From positions 40,558 through 104,557 of the forward strand of contig JASFHL010000004.1 in NCBI GenBank assembly GCA_050123235.1: 64,000 nt of DNA, written 5' to 3'. The stretch is from Candidatus Woesebacteria bacterium (GTDB lineage Bacteria; Patescibacteriota; Microgenomatia; UBA1400; PJMF01). The number at the start of each line of letters is the position of its first letter. Positions within the stretch are counted from its first letter, which is position 1. The notes under the pieces are model-generated. The model searched no databases. It was not told the origin of the DNA and saw only the letters and a list, made by a program, of their open reading frames with translations. Of this stretch, positions 37,470 to 46,748 are shown one piece after another. A program made the translations under genes and the position numbers.

Positions 37470-38561
37470 TCAACTTTTTAACTGATATCTAACTCCTTTA
37501 GTCACACCCAGTTTCTCGATTACTCCTTTTTTAATCAAATCTTTCATATCTCTCAAAATGGTATCTACCGAAACATTGGGCAAAACCTTTTGCGCATCTT
37601 CTGAAGTCACCTCACCTTGGTTTTGGAAAAGTTCTAGCAAAATAATCTGTCTCTCAGATAAAGCAACCTGTTTGCCCAACTCTTTTTTCATTTTTAGATC
37701 TTTGGAAAGCTTCATTACTTGTTGTTTAATTTTCTCAATTTCAATAGCTAAACCATAACAAAAATACTCCAGCCAATAAGTCATATCTTTATTTGAATTC
37801 TGTTGCACAGATAATAAAGCCTGATAATACTGCTCCACATCATTATCAAAATATTGCTCTAATGAAAAAAACTTTTTAAAATCATAGCCTCCTGCATATA
37901 AAACTAAAGTTGCCAAAGCCCTAGCAGTACGGCCATTCCCTTCTATAAAAGGATGAATGTAGACCAATTGATAATGGGTAATTGCTGCTCGAAAAATAGG
38001 ATGAGCAGTTTTAGCGGTATCACTTTTCAACCAAGAAAAAAAATCTTTAAGTAAAAAAGGTACTTCCACTGACACTGGTGGCCTAAAAACCACCTCACCA
38101 CTGCTAGCTCCCCTGACGATCACTTGTTTTTTTCTAAAATCACCCACATCAGCATCATCTAACAATTTATACATTGTCAAGGAATGCAAAGTTTTAAGTG
38201 TTTCAATGGAAAAAAGATTGGCAAAATTGGCAATTTCCTGACTATCAATCCAGACAATCACATTACGATAATTAATTACCTCTTGGATATCACGCTCCCG
38301 GGCAATGATGCCTGTTTTTTTAATCACGTCTTTTGAGGTTTTAGCAGTATTCAAACGAACTATTTGTTTGGCCTGCTCTTCAGTAAGGTCATTGCCTTCA
38401 ATTTTAGTTCCAAAGTGAACAGTTCTGCTCATTGCATCATCACGAAACTTAGCTTCCCAGGCAGGAACCAATGGTGAATGATCAATCAAAGCCTTAGCTG
38501 ACTCAATACTAGCTACATAGGTAAGAAGATTATTGGTAATACGGAATTTAGGTTGGAACAT
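37470..38561 (-). CDS. Fic family protein with C-terminal HTH
   Basis: Intact HPFIEGNGRTAR, N-terminal TKIEGN inhibitory-type motif, and a C-terminal winged HTH (VSVDTILRDMKDL.KKG). Confidence 0.92.
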   Translation of the reverse strand: MFQPKFRITNNLLTYVASIESAKALIDHSPLVPAWEAKFRDDAMSRTVHFGTKIEGNDLTEEQAKQIVRLNTAKTSKDVIKKTGIIARERDIQEVINYRNVIVWIDSQEIANFANLFSIETLKTLHSLTMYKLLDDADVGDFRKKQVIVRGASSGEVVFRPPVSVEVPFLLKDFFSWLKSDTAKTAHPIFRAAITHYQLVYIHPFIEGNGRTARALATLVLYAGGYDFKKFFSLEQYFDNDVEQYYQALLSVQQNSNKDMTYWLEYFCYGLAIEIEKIKQQVMKLSKDLKMKKELGKQVALSERQIILLELFQNQGEVTSEDAQKVLPNVSVDTILRDMKDLIKKGVIEKLGVTKGVRYQLKS

Positions 38562-38638
38562 GGTAGAAACTTATTCTACCTTAATTTTTGCAAAAATTGC
38601 AGTAATATTTTTTGATATAAATCTATTACAATAAAATA

Positions 38639-39211
38639 ATGATCAAAATCATTGGCTTAGTTGGCACCTTGGCTAGCGGCAAGACTTCAGCCGCCAACTA
38701 CTTCAAAAAAAAGGGCTTTCATATTTATAAACTCTCAGACGTAATTAGAGACGAACTTAGACAAAGAAAAATGCCCATTACCAGGAAAAATCTCCAAGAT
38801 ATAGGTAATGAATTAAGAGAAAACTTTGGAGGTGACGTTCTAGTCAAAAGAGTAATTGCTAAAGCCAAAACTAATGGTGAAAACATGGTCTTTGATGGCA
38901 TTCGAAATCCTCAAGAAATTAAATATATCAAGAAAAAATATCAAGTGCCAATTTTAGGCATTACTGCTTTGGAACAAACCAGAATGAAAAGATTTATAGC
39001 TAGAACTAAAGATAGAAGAGATGAAGATGGCAAAACCAGTGAAGAATTCCAAATTGCCAATGATCGTGACTTAGGCAAAGGAGAAAATAATAATGGCCAG
39101 CAAGTAAGCAGGTGTCTGAAATTATGTGATTATTTAATTTTAAATGAAAAAAAAATTGCTGATTTGTATCGTAGTTGTGATTGTTTTTTGGAAGAATATA
39201 ACTTGGATTAA
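38639..39211 (+). CDS. P-loop NMP kinase (archaeal dephospho-CoA kinase-like)
   Basis: IIGLVG..ASGKT, LSDVIR, LQDIGNELR..FG, DGIRN..E. Confidence 0.8.
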   Translation: MIKIIGLVGTLASGKTSAANYFKKKGFHIYKLSDVIRDELRQRKMPITRKNLQDIGNELRENFGGDVLVKRVIAKAKTNGENMVFDGIRNPQEIKYIKKKYQVPILGITALEQTRMKRFIARTKDRRDEDGKTSEEFQIANDRDLGKGENNNGQQVSRCLKLCDYLILNEKKIADLYRSCDCFLEEYNLD

Positions 39212-39285
39212 AAATTTATAAAACACCATCCTCTCTTTTTTACTTTTGATAGAATATACAATAAATTTATAAGTTACACTAAAAA

Positions 39286-39609
39286 ATGATAACTATGGCA
39301 AAAATTCAAACACCCAAAGACATTCAAGACATGCCCTTATCTCTAGTCAAAAACATGATCACTCTGGCCACTAGTGGTTTTGGACTGGTGGTAGCACTAG
39401 CGTGGAATGAATTTATCAAAACAGCAGTGGCCGAATTTATTGATCCTATCTTAGGAAAAAGTGGCGGCTTAATTTCTTTATTTATTTATGCTGTAATCAT
39501 GACTTTTCTAGCAGTAGTGGTCACAATGCAGTTAGCTAGTTTACAAAAAAAGTTTGAAGAAATTCAAAGTATAGTCAATGGCAAAGACAAAAAAACAAAA
39601 AATGAATAA
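39286..39609 (+). CDS. Small two-TM membrane protein (DUF5654-like)
   Basis: L.TSGFGLVVALAWNE.I....F.YA...T..AV. Confidence 0.75.
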   Translation: MITMAKIQTPKDIQDMPLSLVKNMITLATSGFGLVVALAWNEFIKTAVAEFIDPILGKSGGLISLFIYAVIMTFLAVVVTMQLASLQKKFEEIQSIVNGKDKKTKNE

Positions 39610-40684
39610 ACAAAGCTCAAATTCTGACGAAACTATTAAAAATTACCTTAAAAAAATCAAGTTAGCTCATCCCAATTCTCATAAGGGCCAAAATGGCAAA
39701 TTAATGATCATTGGTGGCTCTAAATTATTCCATGCTGCTAGCAAATGGAGCCTGGATATTGCGTCTAAATTTGTTGACATGGTTTTTTATTCTTCAATTC
39801 CAAGTAACAACCAGCTTATCCAGGAAGCTAAAAAAAATTTTTGGAATGGGATTGTGGTAGCTCGTCAAGACATTGAAAATTATATCCAAGAAGCAGATTG
39901 TGTTTTGATTGGTCCTGGAATGGAGCGAGCTGATGAATCAAAATCTAATAAAAAAATACTCGAAAAAGTTAATCTCCAAAGTGAAACTCAACGACTTCAA
40001 ATTCAAAAAAATAATCAGCATACTAGCCAAGAGCGACTATCTCAAGAAGAATGGCAAAACGATACGCAAAAAATTGTCAATTATCTACTTAACAAATACC
40101 CTCAAAAAAAATGGGTTCTTGATGCAGGCGCTTTGCAAATGATGAACCCTAATCTACTTAATAAAAATTGCATTATTACCCCACATAAAAAAGAATTAGA
40201 ACTTATCTTGGGAAAAATAAAAATTGACAAAAATGGAAGCAGCTCTTTTGGCCAAAATAAAAATTATTCTAGCCAGCAAATCTCAACACAGGAATTTCAA
40301 CAAGTAAGTGAACTTCTAAACAAAAGCACTATCTTACTTAAAGGCCCAGTGGACTATGTAATTAGCCCACAAGGACAAAAAAAAACAATTCTGGGAAAAT
40401 TAAAAACTGATATCAAGCAGCCAGATAGCCAAACAAAAATCATTCCAATTAAAGGCGGCAATGCTGGCATGACTAAAGGCGGCACCGGGGATGTTTTGGC
40501 TGGCCTGCTGGCTGCTCTCTATTGCCAACATGACGCTATCACCAGTGCTGTAGTAGCTAGTTACATTAACAAAAAAGCTGGCGACAAATTATATGAAAAA
40601 GTTGGACCATATTTTAATGCTAGTGATTTAGTAGAAGTAATTCCAGAAGTGATTTGGGAAGAAATAAGAAGTTGTGTATTATAA
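39602..40684 (+). CDS. nnrD: ADP-dependent NAD(P)H-hydrate dehydratase (YjeF C-terminal)
   Basis: SHKGQNGKL.IIGGS, LIGPGM, VLDAGAL, ITPH..E, LLKG..D, GNAGMTKGGTGDVLAG. The ATG at 39602 is preferred. Confidence 0.9.
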   Translation: MNKQSSNSDETIKNYLKKIKLAHPNSHKGQNGKLMIIGGSKLFHAASKWSLDIASKFVDMVFYSSIPSNNQLIQEAKKNFWNGIVVARQDIENYIQEADCVLIGPGMERADESKSNKKILEKVNLQSETQRLQIQKNNQHTSQERLSQEEWQNDTQKIVNYLLNKYPQKKWVLDAGALQMMNPNLLNKNCIITPHKKELELILGKIKIDKNGSSSFGQNKNYSSQQISTQEFQQVSELLNKSTILLKGPVDYVISPQGQKKTILGKLKTDIKQPDSQTKIIPIKGGNAGMTKGGTGDVLAGLLAALYCQHDAITSAVVASYINKKAGDKLYEKVGPYFNASDLVEVIPEVIWEEIRSCVL

Positions 40685-40796
40685 TTACATATTAAAAAAA
40701 CTAAAACATAACGGGAATCTGAAAAATATCAAAACATTGTTGCTGCATTAGAAAAAGCAGAAATAACTTTTACTGATACTGATATTTCTGATTAAT

Positions 40797-41057
40797 TTGA
40801 AAAATAAAAAAATGACGGAGAATGAAAAAACACCAAACTATACAAGAGTAATCATCATTTCTGCATCAGCGGTAAGAGAAACTCTTCCAAAACTCATAAA
40901 TGCAGGTTATTTAATAGCAGGAGATGATGAAAAAAACAATCGTGCCCAAACCAAAGGATTACGATTCACTGTTCAAAATCAGCAAGAAGAAAGAACCATT
41001 ATGAGTTTTCTTCAATCAATTGGACAAATTCCAGTATCAAGACCTCGATCAAAATGA
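40797..41057 (+). CDS. Hypothetical protein
   Basis: 86-aa ORF with an alternative ATG at 40812; no motif recognised. Confidence 0.45.
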   Translation: MKNKKMTENEKTPNYTRVIIISASAVRETLPKLINAGYLIAGDDEKNNRAQTKGLRFTVQNQQEERTIMSFLQSIGQIPVSRPRSK

Positions 41058-41086
41058 AACTTTAGCAATAAAGAAATCTCGAACTT

Positions 41087-42238
41087 CTATTTACTTTTAT
41101 TCTCCAGTTCAATTTTTCCTAAATCTCCCACCACTTTTTCTATTCGCCCAGTCAATGAGGGATCTGTAGTGCTCACTACTGCCTGTCGCCTTCCCAACAA
41201 CCCCAAAGTCATCTCCCTACTCTCTTCATCCAATTCTGACAAAATATCATCAAGTAGCAAAACTGGTTCTTGCCTTGCCTTATTTCTAATGAAAAGCAAT
41301 TCCGCTAATTTTAGCCATAGAACTGCCATTCGCTGCTGTCCCCTAGAACCAAAACTCGCAATTGAGCGATGATCAACTTTTTTATATCCAATTTCAAAAT
41401 CATCTTTATGGGGCCCAATCAGTGTGTGCCCTGCCATGACTTCTTTATAAGCATATTGCTTTAATCTTTCTTCAGAAATTAAAGAAGGTAAATATTTAAT
41501 TGAAAAAGCTAGCGGGAAATCAACAGTTTGGATAAAGTCAATCAATCCTTGTCTCTTTTCTTGTAAAATTTGGCCATGTTTCAAAATTGTTAAATCCCAA
41601 TATTTCAAAATAGAACGATTAAACTCTCCTTCTCTGATCCCTAGTAAAAGCTTGTTTCTTTTTCTTAAAGCATTTTCATAAGTTTTCAAAGAAGCTGCAT
41701 ATTGAGGATCTAAGATTGAAAGCTGATGATCTAGGTAAGAACGTCTTCTTCCAGGAGAGCCTTCTATCAGTCTTAAATCTTCCGGACGAAAAACTACGCT
41801 ATAAAAATTGCCCAAAAATTTTTTCTTTTGCCTTCTTACGCCATTAACAGAATAAAGGGTTCTTAAAGTTCTTTTGCCTTGAACTATCCCTCTGGTAAGG
41901 ACAAGCTCTAAGTCAATTTCTTCCAAATCGTGGAACTTTGTTTCAGAATCTGCGCTAGAACTAGCAACACCTCTTTTTACAGACTCACCTCTATCCTTCC
42001 CTTCTTGCTCCACCATCACCTTCCCTTTCACCCGAGCTAATTCTTGCTCAAAGCGAATCATTTCTTCTACCTTTTGTGCGCGAAAACTAATCCCGGCAGA
42101 TAATAGATCAATAGCTTCAATAACTGAAGTCTTGCCACTGCCATTAGGACCAAGAATTAGAGTAGTTTTTTTAGAAAATTTAAAAACAGCAGTTTTGTGA
42201 TTACGAAAATTTTGTAAAGCAATTGATTGCAAGATCAT
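41087..42238 (-). CDS. recF: DNA replication and repair protein RecF
   Basis: L.NFRN, GPNGSGKT...EAI, F.PEDL.LI.GSP..RR.YLD, GPHKDD, GSRGQQR, LLLDDILSELD. Confidence 0.95.
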   Translation of the reverse strand: MILQSIALQNFRNHKTAVFKFSKKTTLILGPNGSGKTSVIEAIDLLSAGISFRAQKVEEMIRFEQELARVKGKVMVEQEGKDRGESVKRGVASSSADSETKFHDLEEIDLELVLTRGIVQGKRTLRTLYSVNGVRRQKKKFLGNFYSVVFRPEDLRLIEGSPGRRRSYLDHQLSILDPQYAASLKTYENALRKRNKLLLGIREGEFNRSILKYWDLTILKHGQILQEKRQGLIDFIQTVDFPLAFSIKYLPSLISEERLKQYAYKEVMAGHTLIGPHKDDFEIGYKKVDHRSIASFGSRGQQRMAVLWLKLAELLFIRNKARQEPVLLLDDILSELDEESREMTLGLLGRRQAVVSTTDPSLTGRIEKVVGDLGKIELENKSK

Positions 42239-42251
42239 AGCTAGCTTTTTT

Positions 42252-42638
42252 TTACTTTAAAAACACTCTCGAAAACCTAAACAACAAATATAGTAAAATT
42301 AATTGCCAATAAATGCAAAAAAAAGTTAAAAAATTAGACAAAAAAGGCAATGAATGACAAACAAGAGCCAAAGGGTTCTGGCTTAAAATGCTAAAAAGCG
42401 TTTGCTCAGTCGGCCAGCTAAAAGCAGGACAAGAAAAAACCAAATGCACAGTTGGGACAATCAAAAACTTCCATAAGACAGTAACAATCGCTAAAAAAAC
42501 AGTGGGCAACAAAGTCATCCATACAAATACTTTTTCTTTAACCAACGACTGCATGGTCTGATAAGGATGTAATAACAAACCTTGTGTGATCTGAAAAATT
42601 GAATAAAGTAAAGAGTTAAAAAGCTGAATTTTTTCCAT
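42252..42638 (-). CDS. Hypothetical membrane protein
   Basis: 128 aa, hydrophobic; in an operon with the ECF sigma and recF. Confidence 0.7.
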   Translation of the reverse strand: MEKIQLFNSLLYSIFQITQGLLLHPYQTMQSLVKEKVFVWMTLLPTVFLAIVTVLWKFLIVPTVHLVFSCPAFSWPTEQTLFSILSQNPLALVCHSLPFLSNFLTFFCIYWQLILLYLLFRFSRVFLK

Positions 42639-42665
42639 AATTTTTTATTTTTTAAATTGCTTAAC

Positions 42666-42848
42666 TTAAAAAAAAGAAAACAAAGCTGCTGTTAACAGAG
42701 CTAAAATTGAGATTACCTGCCAAGGATGAGTCGCTATCAAACTGGCAACGCCATCTAACTGCTTAGGCAAAAGCTTTTCTTGCTCCAACTTAGCCTGGAG
42801 TCGTGCTTCTTCTTGTAACTTTTTTAAAAAATCTTTATTTTTTGGCAT
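42666..42848 (-). CDS. Small membrane protein (possible anti-sigma-like partner)
   Basis: 60 aa with a C-terminal TM, directly downstream of the ECF sigma; the function is an inference. Confidence 0.6.
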   Translation of the reverse strand: MPKNKDFLKKLQEEARLQAKLEQEKLLPKQLDGVASLIATHPWQVISILALLTAALFSFF

Positions 42849-42862
42849 TAGTAAAATTAAAA

Positions 42863-43411
42863 TTATTTTTCTAATAACAAATATAACTCCCTAAATTCTT
42901 TTCTTGCCCTAAATAAATCTGACTCCACTGACTTTGTAGTTCTGCCTAGCCTTTTGGCAATCTCTTTAACTTTTTTCTTATCTACATACTTAAGTAAAAG
43001 AAGCTCTCTTTTTTCTTTCATCATCTTTTTTAGAACTTCTTTAACTTTATTTGAAGTCTCATGAGAATCATTAACCGGAGACTTCAATAATAATTCACCA
43101 AGTGGTAAAGTTCTAATCGCTTTTTTAGCATAAAGCTTACGATAATAGTCTGCAATTTCATGTCTCAAGATAGCAATCATCCAACTCTGTAAACTAGATT
43201 TTTCTTGAAAAAGAGTCGCGTTTTTCAAACAACTAATAAAGGTTTCTTGAACTAGCTCCTCCGCATCTTCCGTTGTTTTTACTTTTTTCAGAGCTATATT
43301 CAATAAAATTGGCTGATAAGACAGAAACCATTGTTTAATGGCAGCAGCATTTCCTCTTTTTATTTGGGAAATTAACTTTAAATCATTAAGCTGCTTATTT
43401 TTCTTAGACAT
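42863..43411 (-). CDS. ECF (sigma-24-like) RNA polymerase sigma factor
   Basis: Region 2 DAEELVQETF....W...I.R..IADYYRK; region 4 KEIA..LG.T.KSVES.LFRARK. Confidence 0.92.
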   Translation of the reverse strand: MSKKNKQLNDLKLISQIKRGNAAAIKQWFLSYQPILLNIALKKVKTTEDAEELVQETFISCLKNATLFQEKSSLQSWMIAILRHEIADYYRKLYAKKAIRTLPLGELLLKSPVNDSHETSNKVKEVLKKMMKEKRELLLLKYVDKKKVKEIAKRLGRTTKSVESDLFRARKEFRELYLLLEK

Positions 43412-43433
43412 AAAAATTGTATAATACTATTAT

Positions 43434-43781
43434 ATGCTATTAAACTTAATTTCCAAAGTTTATGCTCAAAATACTGGTGTTTCCGAACTTGACCTAAGTA
43501 AACAGCTTAAGCTTAATACGACAGAAGCTGTAGCTGATAAATATGATAATCCAATGACTTTAATTAACTTGCTTGTTCCCACCGTCTTTGTAATTGCAGG
43601 AATTATCTTTTTTATTCTCATTATTGTGGCTGGCTACAAATACATTGCCAAAGGTCAAAAAGGAATTGATGAAGCCAAAAGCCTTATTGGGGCAGCTGTA
43701 GCCGGTTTCATGCTGATGTTTGCAGCTTACTGGATTATTCAAATTATCAAAGGAATAACTGGGGCAGATATTCCTATTTAA
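43434..43781 (+). CDS. TrbC/VirB2-like pilin 1
   Basis: VYAQ signal-like start; two TMs flanking AGYKYI....IDEAK....A..G. Confidence 0.75.
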   Translation: MLLNLISKVYAQNTGVSELDLSKQLKLNTTEAVADKYDNPMTLINLLVPTVFVIAGIIFFILIIVAGYKYIAKGQKGIDEAKSLIGAAVAGFMLMFAAYWIIQIIKGITGADIPI

Positions 43782-43884
43782 AGTTTTGATACCCTACAGA
43801 TTTAAGTTTCGAAATTAAAAAAGAGCCTTGCCCCCTGAAAAATAAATTTTTGTTATAATAGCTTGATTGACAAACTGACTGAAG

Positions 43885-44340
43885 ATGAAAAAAACTTTTT
43901 TAAATAAAACTCTGCAAAAAAAAACTTTTCCAAAAATCATAAGTTTATTTATATTTATTAATTTATTAATTAGTTCAATTTTCCCGGACGCAGCTTTGGC
44001 AGCAGATGATGTTTTAGGAGGAAAAATTAAACCTCCACCGGGAGTAGAAAAATATAACGTAGGAGGAAGAATTGGTATTATTGTTTTTATTTCCAATTTA
44101 ATTAAAGTGGCAACTGTAGTTGCTGGCATCTGGGTATTAATCAATGTTATTTTAGCTGGCTGGAAATACATCACTTCAAGTGGTGACTCTAAAGCTCACG
44201 GAGAAGTAAGTAGCAAAATTACTTACAGTATCATTGGCCTCGTTATTATTGTGCTAGCCTATACTATTACAGCTTTAATTAGTTTAATTATTTTTGGTGA
44301 TGCAGGCTTTATTTTGAATCCACAAATAGAAGGTATTTAA
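43885..44340 (+). CDS. TrbC/VirB2-like pilin 2
   Basis: Signal peptide ending ALA; AGWKYITSSGD.....KITYSIIGL. Confidence 0.8.
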   Translation: MKKTFLNKTLQKKTFPKIISLFIFINLLISSIFPDAALAADDVLGGKIKPPPGVEKYNVGGRIGIIVFISNLIKVATVVAGIWVLINVILAGWKYITSSGDSKAHGEVSSKITYSIIGLVIIVLAYTITALISLIIFGDAGFILNPQIEGI

Positions 44341-44344
44341 AAAC

Positions 44345-44731
44345 ATGTTAATTAATCTTTATACTTTAGTTGCAAATAACCTTGATTTTGGCACAGGCTT
44401 TGAACCCCCTTCTACTGCCTATAGTGAAGGATCAACAACTCAAGAAGGTGCTATTAAAAACTTAGAATTATTTCTTTCCAATTTAATTGGTTTTTTGACT
44501 ATTTTAGCTAGTCTTTTCTTTTTAGTTTATTTTTTTGTTGCTTCTTTTCAGTGGGTTACTTCTGGAGGTGACAGTGGTAAAGCTCAAAAAGCTAGAGACC
44601 GCATGCTCCAAGGAGCTCTAGGACTAATTATTATAATAGCGGCTTATTCCATCATCGGCCTGATTGGTAAAATCGTTGGCTTAGACATTCTTAACCCAAG
44701 AGAAGCAATTGAAAGAATTATTCCAACATAA
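44345..44731 (+). CDS. TrbC/VirB2-like pilin 3
   Basis: QWVTSGGDSGKAQKARDRM..GALGL. Confidence 0.82.
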   Translation: MLINLYTLVANNLDFGTGFEPPSTAYSEGSTTQEGAIKNLELFLSNLIGFLTILASLFFLVYFFVASFQWVTSGGDSGKAQKARDRMLQGALGLIIIIAAYSIIGLIGKIVGLDILNPREAIERIIPT

Positions 44732-44764
44732 AGTTTTAAAGTTAGCGAAAAATTCAAAAAAAAT

Positions 44765-45220
44765 ATGAAAAAAAACAACAATAGATTAAACACAAAAACT
44801 AAAAAACTAGGCATTGCATTAATCGCTGGTCTAGTTGGTTTGAAAAAATTAATCAGCGCCAAGCTAACTCAAGCTCAGATCACTAATCCAGCCTTAAAAG
44901 AAGATTCCGTGATTAATAAATATGAAAGTGCTGAATCGGGAGAAGCTTTTTTTGACTATTTTGCCATGCTCTGGCGTTCAGCTCTTAGCATGGGAATTTT
45001 AGTTGTTTTAGTTTTTTTTCTTTGGGGTGCTTTTGAATGGATGACAGCTGGCGGCGATAGTGCTAAAGTCCAAAAAGCCAGAGATAGGATTATAAATGCC
45101 ACTATTGGTCTAATTATCATGGCTAGTATTTTTGCCATTGTTGGCTTCTTTGGAGAGCTATTCTTTGGCGAAGACTTTAATATTTTAGAATTTACTTTCC
45201 CAACTCCATCAGGAACCTAA
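44765..45220 (+). CDS. TrbC/VirB2-like pilin 4
   Basis: GAFEWMTAGGDSAKVQKARDRIINATIGL. Confidence 0.82.
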   Translation: MKKNNNRLNTKTKKLGIALIAGLVGLKKLISAKLTQAQITNPALKEDSVINKYESAESGEAFFDYFAMLWRSALSMGILVVLVFFLWGAFEWMTAGGDSAKVQKARDRIINATIGLIIMASIFAIVGFFGELFFGEDFNILEFTFPTPSGT

Positions 45221-45224
45221 AACT

Positions 45225-45557
45225 ATGATCACAACAATTGCGCAAGTCACCATTGATTTACAAGAAAAGGTAGCCAAGGAAGGAGTGCCTTTCGCAGAAG
45301 AAGAAGGCGGCGAAGGCATGGCTGTTTTGATTAGTAGAATGATGACCCTTGCCATGGTTGCTGCTACTATTCTTGTTTTACTTTATTTAATCTGGGGAGC
45401 CATAGAATGGATCACCTCTGGAGGTGACAGTGGTAAAGTCCAAAAAGCCAGAGATAAAATCATTCAAGCAATAATTGGGCTTTTGGTTCTATCTGCTAGC
45501 GGAGCTTTAATTATGTTAATTCAAAACTTTTTGGGCATTGAAGTGTTAGAATTTTAG
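45225..45557 (+). CDS. TrbC/VirB2-like pilin 5
   Basis: GAIEWITSGGDSGKVQKARDKIIQAIIGL. Confidence 0.84.
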   Translation: MITTIAQVTIDLQEKVAKEGVPFAEEEGGEGMAVLISRMMTLAMVAATILVLLYLIWGAIEWITSGGDSGKVQKARDKIIQAIIGLLVLSASGALIMLIQNFLGIEVLEF

Positions 45558-45596
45558 CGACTCTTAAATAAAAACCAAATAATAAGAGTGAACTGA

Positions 45597-45672
45597 TTGA
45601 CAGACGAAAAAAAATCTTGATATGATATAATTTAGAAAAAGAATTTTGATTTTAAAAACAATTAAAAAGGAG
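45597..45672 (+). promoter_or_regulatory. Sigma70 promoter and strong Shine-Dalgarno for pilin 6
   Basis: TTGACA (45597-45602), TGnTATGAT/TGnTATAAT (45618-45631), and AAAAGGAG just upstream of the ATG at 45678. Confidence 0.65.
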
Positions 45673-45677
45673 AAACA

Positions 45678-46082
45678 ATGAAAAGAATCCAAAAACTTGC
45701 TATTTCAGCTGGGTCTGTTTTAACAACTTTACAAATGACAGCTGTCTCCGCGCACGCAGCCATTACTGCTAAAAAAATCAGTCCAGGAACTGGTTATTCA
45801 ACTGATATTGGAGCAATGATCAATGGTTTGCTTAGAATCGTGATGGTCATAGCCGCTTTGCTTGTTTTTGCTTATTTAATTTGGGGTGGTATTGAATGGA
45901 TTACATCAGGTGGTGACAAAGGCAAAACCGAAAATGCTAGAAACAAGATTACTCAAGCAGTAATTGGTTTAGTTGTGATCGCTGCTTCTTATGCTATCTT
46001 AACTCTAGTGTTGAACTTCCTTGGCTTTGAAGAAGGCCTAGACACTGTTTTCCAACAAGATATTAATCTTTCCGGAGAATAA
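45678..46082 (+). CDS. TrbC/VirB2-like pilin 6 (candidate major subunit)
   Basis: Signal peptide ending SAHA; GGIEWITSGGDKGKTENARNKITQAVIGL. Confidence 0.86.
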   Translation: MKRIQKLAISAGSVLTTLQMTAVSAHAAITAKKISPGTGYSTDIGAMINGLLRIVMVIAALLVFAYLIWGGIEWITSGGDKGKTENARNKITQAVIGLVVIAASYAILTLVLNFLGFEEGLDTVFQQDINLSGE

Positions 46083-46100
46083 AAATTATTTAGAAATTAG

Positions 46101-46127
46101 AAAAAGCCTCCGTATGGAGGCTTTTTT
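46101..46127 (+). terminator. Rho-independent terminator
   Basis: AAAAAGCCTCC-GTAT-GGAGGCTTTTTT, 18 nt after the pilin 6 stop. Confidence 0.9.
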
Positions 46128-46272
46128 GGTTTTATTGATATCTAAGACTTATAGAAATTTTAAAAAAAAGTTGTTTGAAATATTACTAAAACTAAAAAAA
46201 CCACCACAGAAGATTTATTCTATAATTGAGGTTATAATAAAATTGTTTTAAAATCCCAATTATTAGATCAAT

Positions 46273-46716
46273 ATGAAAAAAAAGCTTAAATCATTACAAA
46301 CTTTTATCTTTAGTCTCAGCTTATTGTTCATCCCTTTTTTCCTTCCTTCTCAATCTTACGCGCAAACTAGCACTTGGGAGGGCGTCTGTGTGGGACCCAC
46401 TGAAAAATCAAGTGATGTAGCTACCATCCAAGGAGCCCAATGTCTAATCGCTAATATTTTTTCCGTGGCTATTACCTTAATTGGCTTAGTCGGCTTTATA
46501 ATGTTAATTTTTGCTTCTTTAAAATGGATGCTAGCGGGCACTAATGCTCAAAACAAAGATAAAGCTCGAAATATGGCTGTTTATGCTTTTGTTGGTTTAA
46601 TTGTAGCTCTCTGTTCATTTATGATTTTGAAGTTAGTTTCAGACTTCACCGGAGTAAAAACAATTCTTAACTTCAGCATTCCCAGTTCTGATATTAATTG
46701 GGAAGAAAGACTTTAA
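46273..46716 (+). CDS. TrbC/VirB2-like pilin 7
   Basis: Signal peptide ending SYA; C....DVATIQGAQCL..NI; KWMLAG......KARN...A.VGL. Confidence 0.78.
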   Translation: MKKKLKSLQTFIFSLSLLFIPFFLPSQSYAQTSTWEGVCVGPTEKSSDVATIQGAQCLIANIFSVAITLIGLVGFIMLIFASLKWMLAGTNAQNKDKARNMAVYAFVGLIVALCSFMILKLVSDFTGVKTILNFSIPSSDINWEERL

Positions 46717-46748
46717 GTATTTTGAAGAATCAAAATCGAACGCAAAAA

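Noticed and set aside
37470-38561. Fic gene as part of a toxin-antitoxin or defence island
   Set aside because: It carries its own inhibitory-type motif and HTH, and has no antitoxin or defence neighbours; it looks like an ordinary stand-alone Fic.
45558-45592. ACTCTTA/TAAGAGT hairpin resembling the element's inner arm ends
   Set aside because: Only 7 bp in AT-rich DNA and none of the core; probably chance or a weak pause hairpin.
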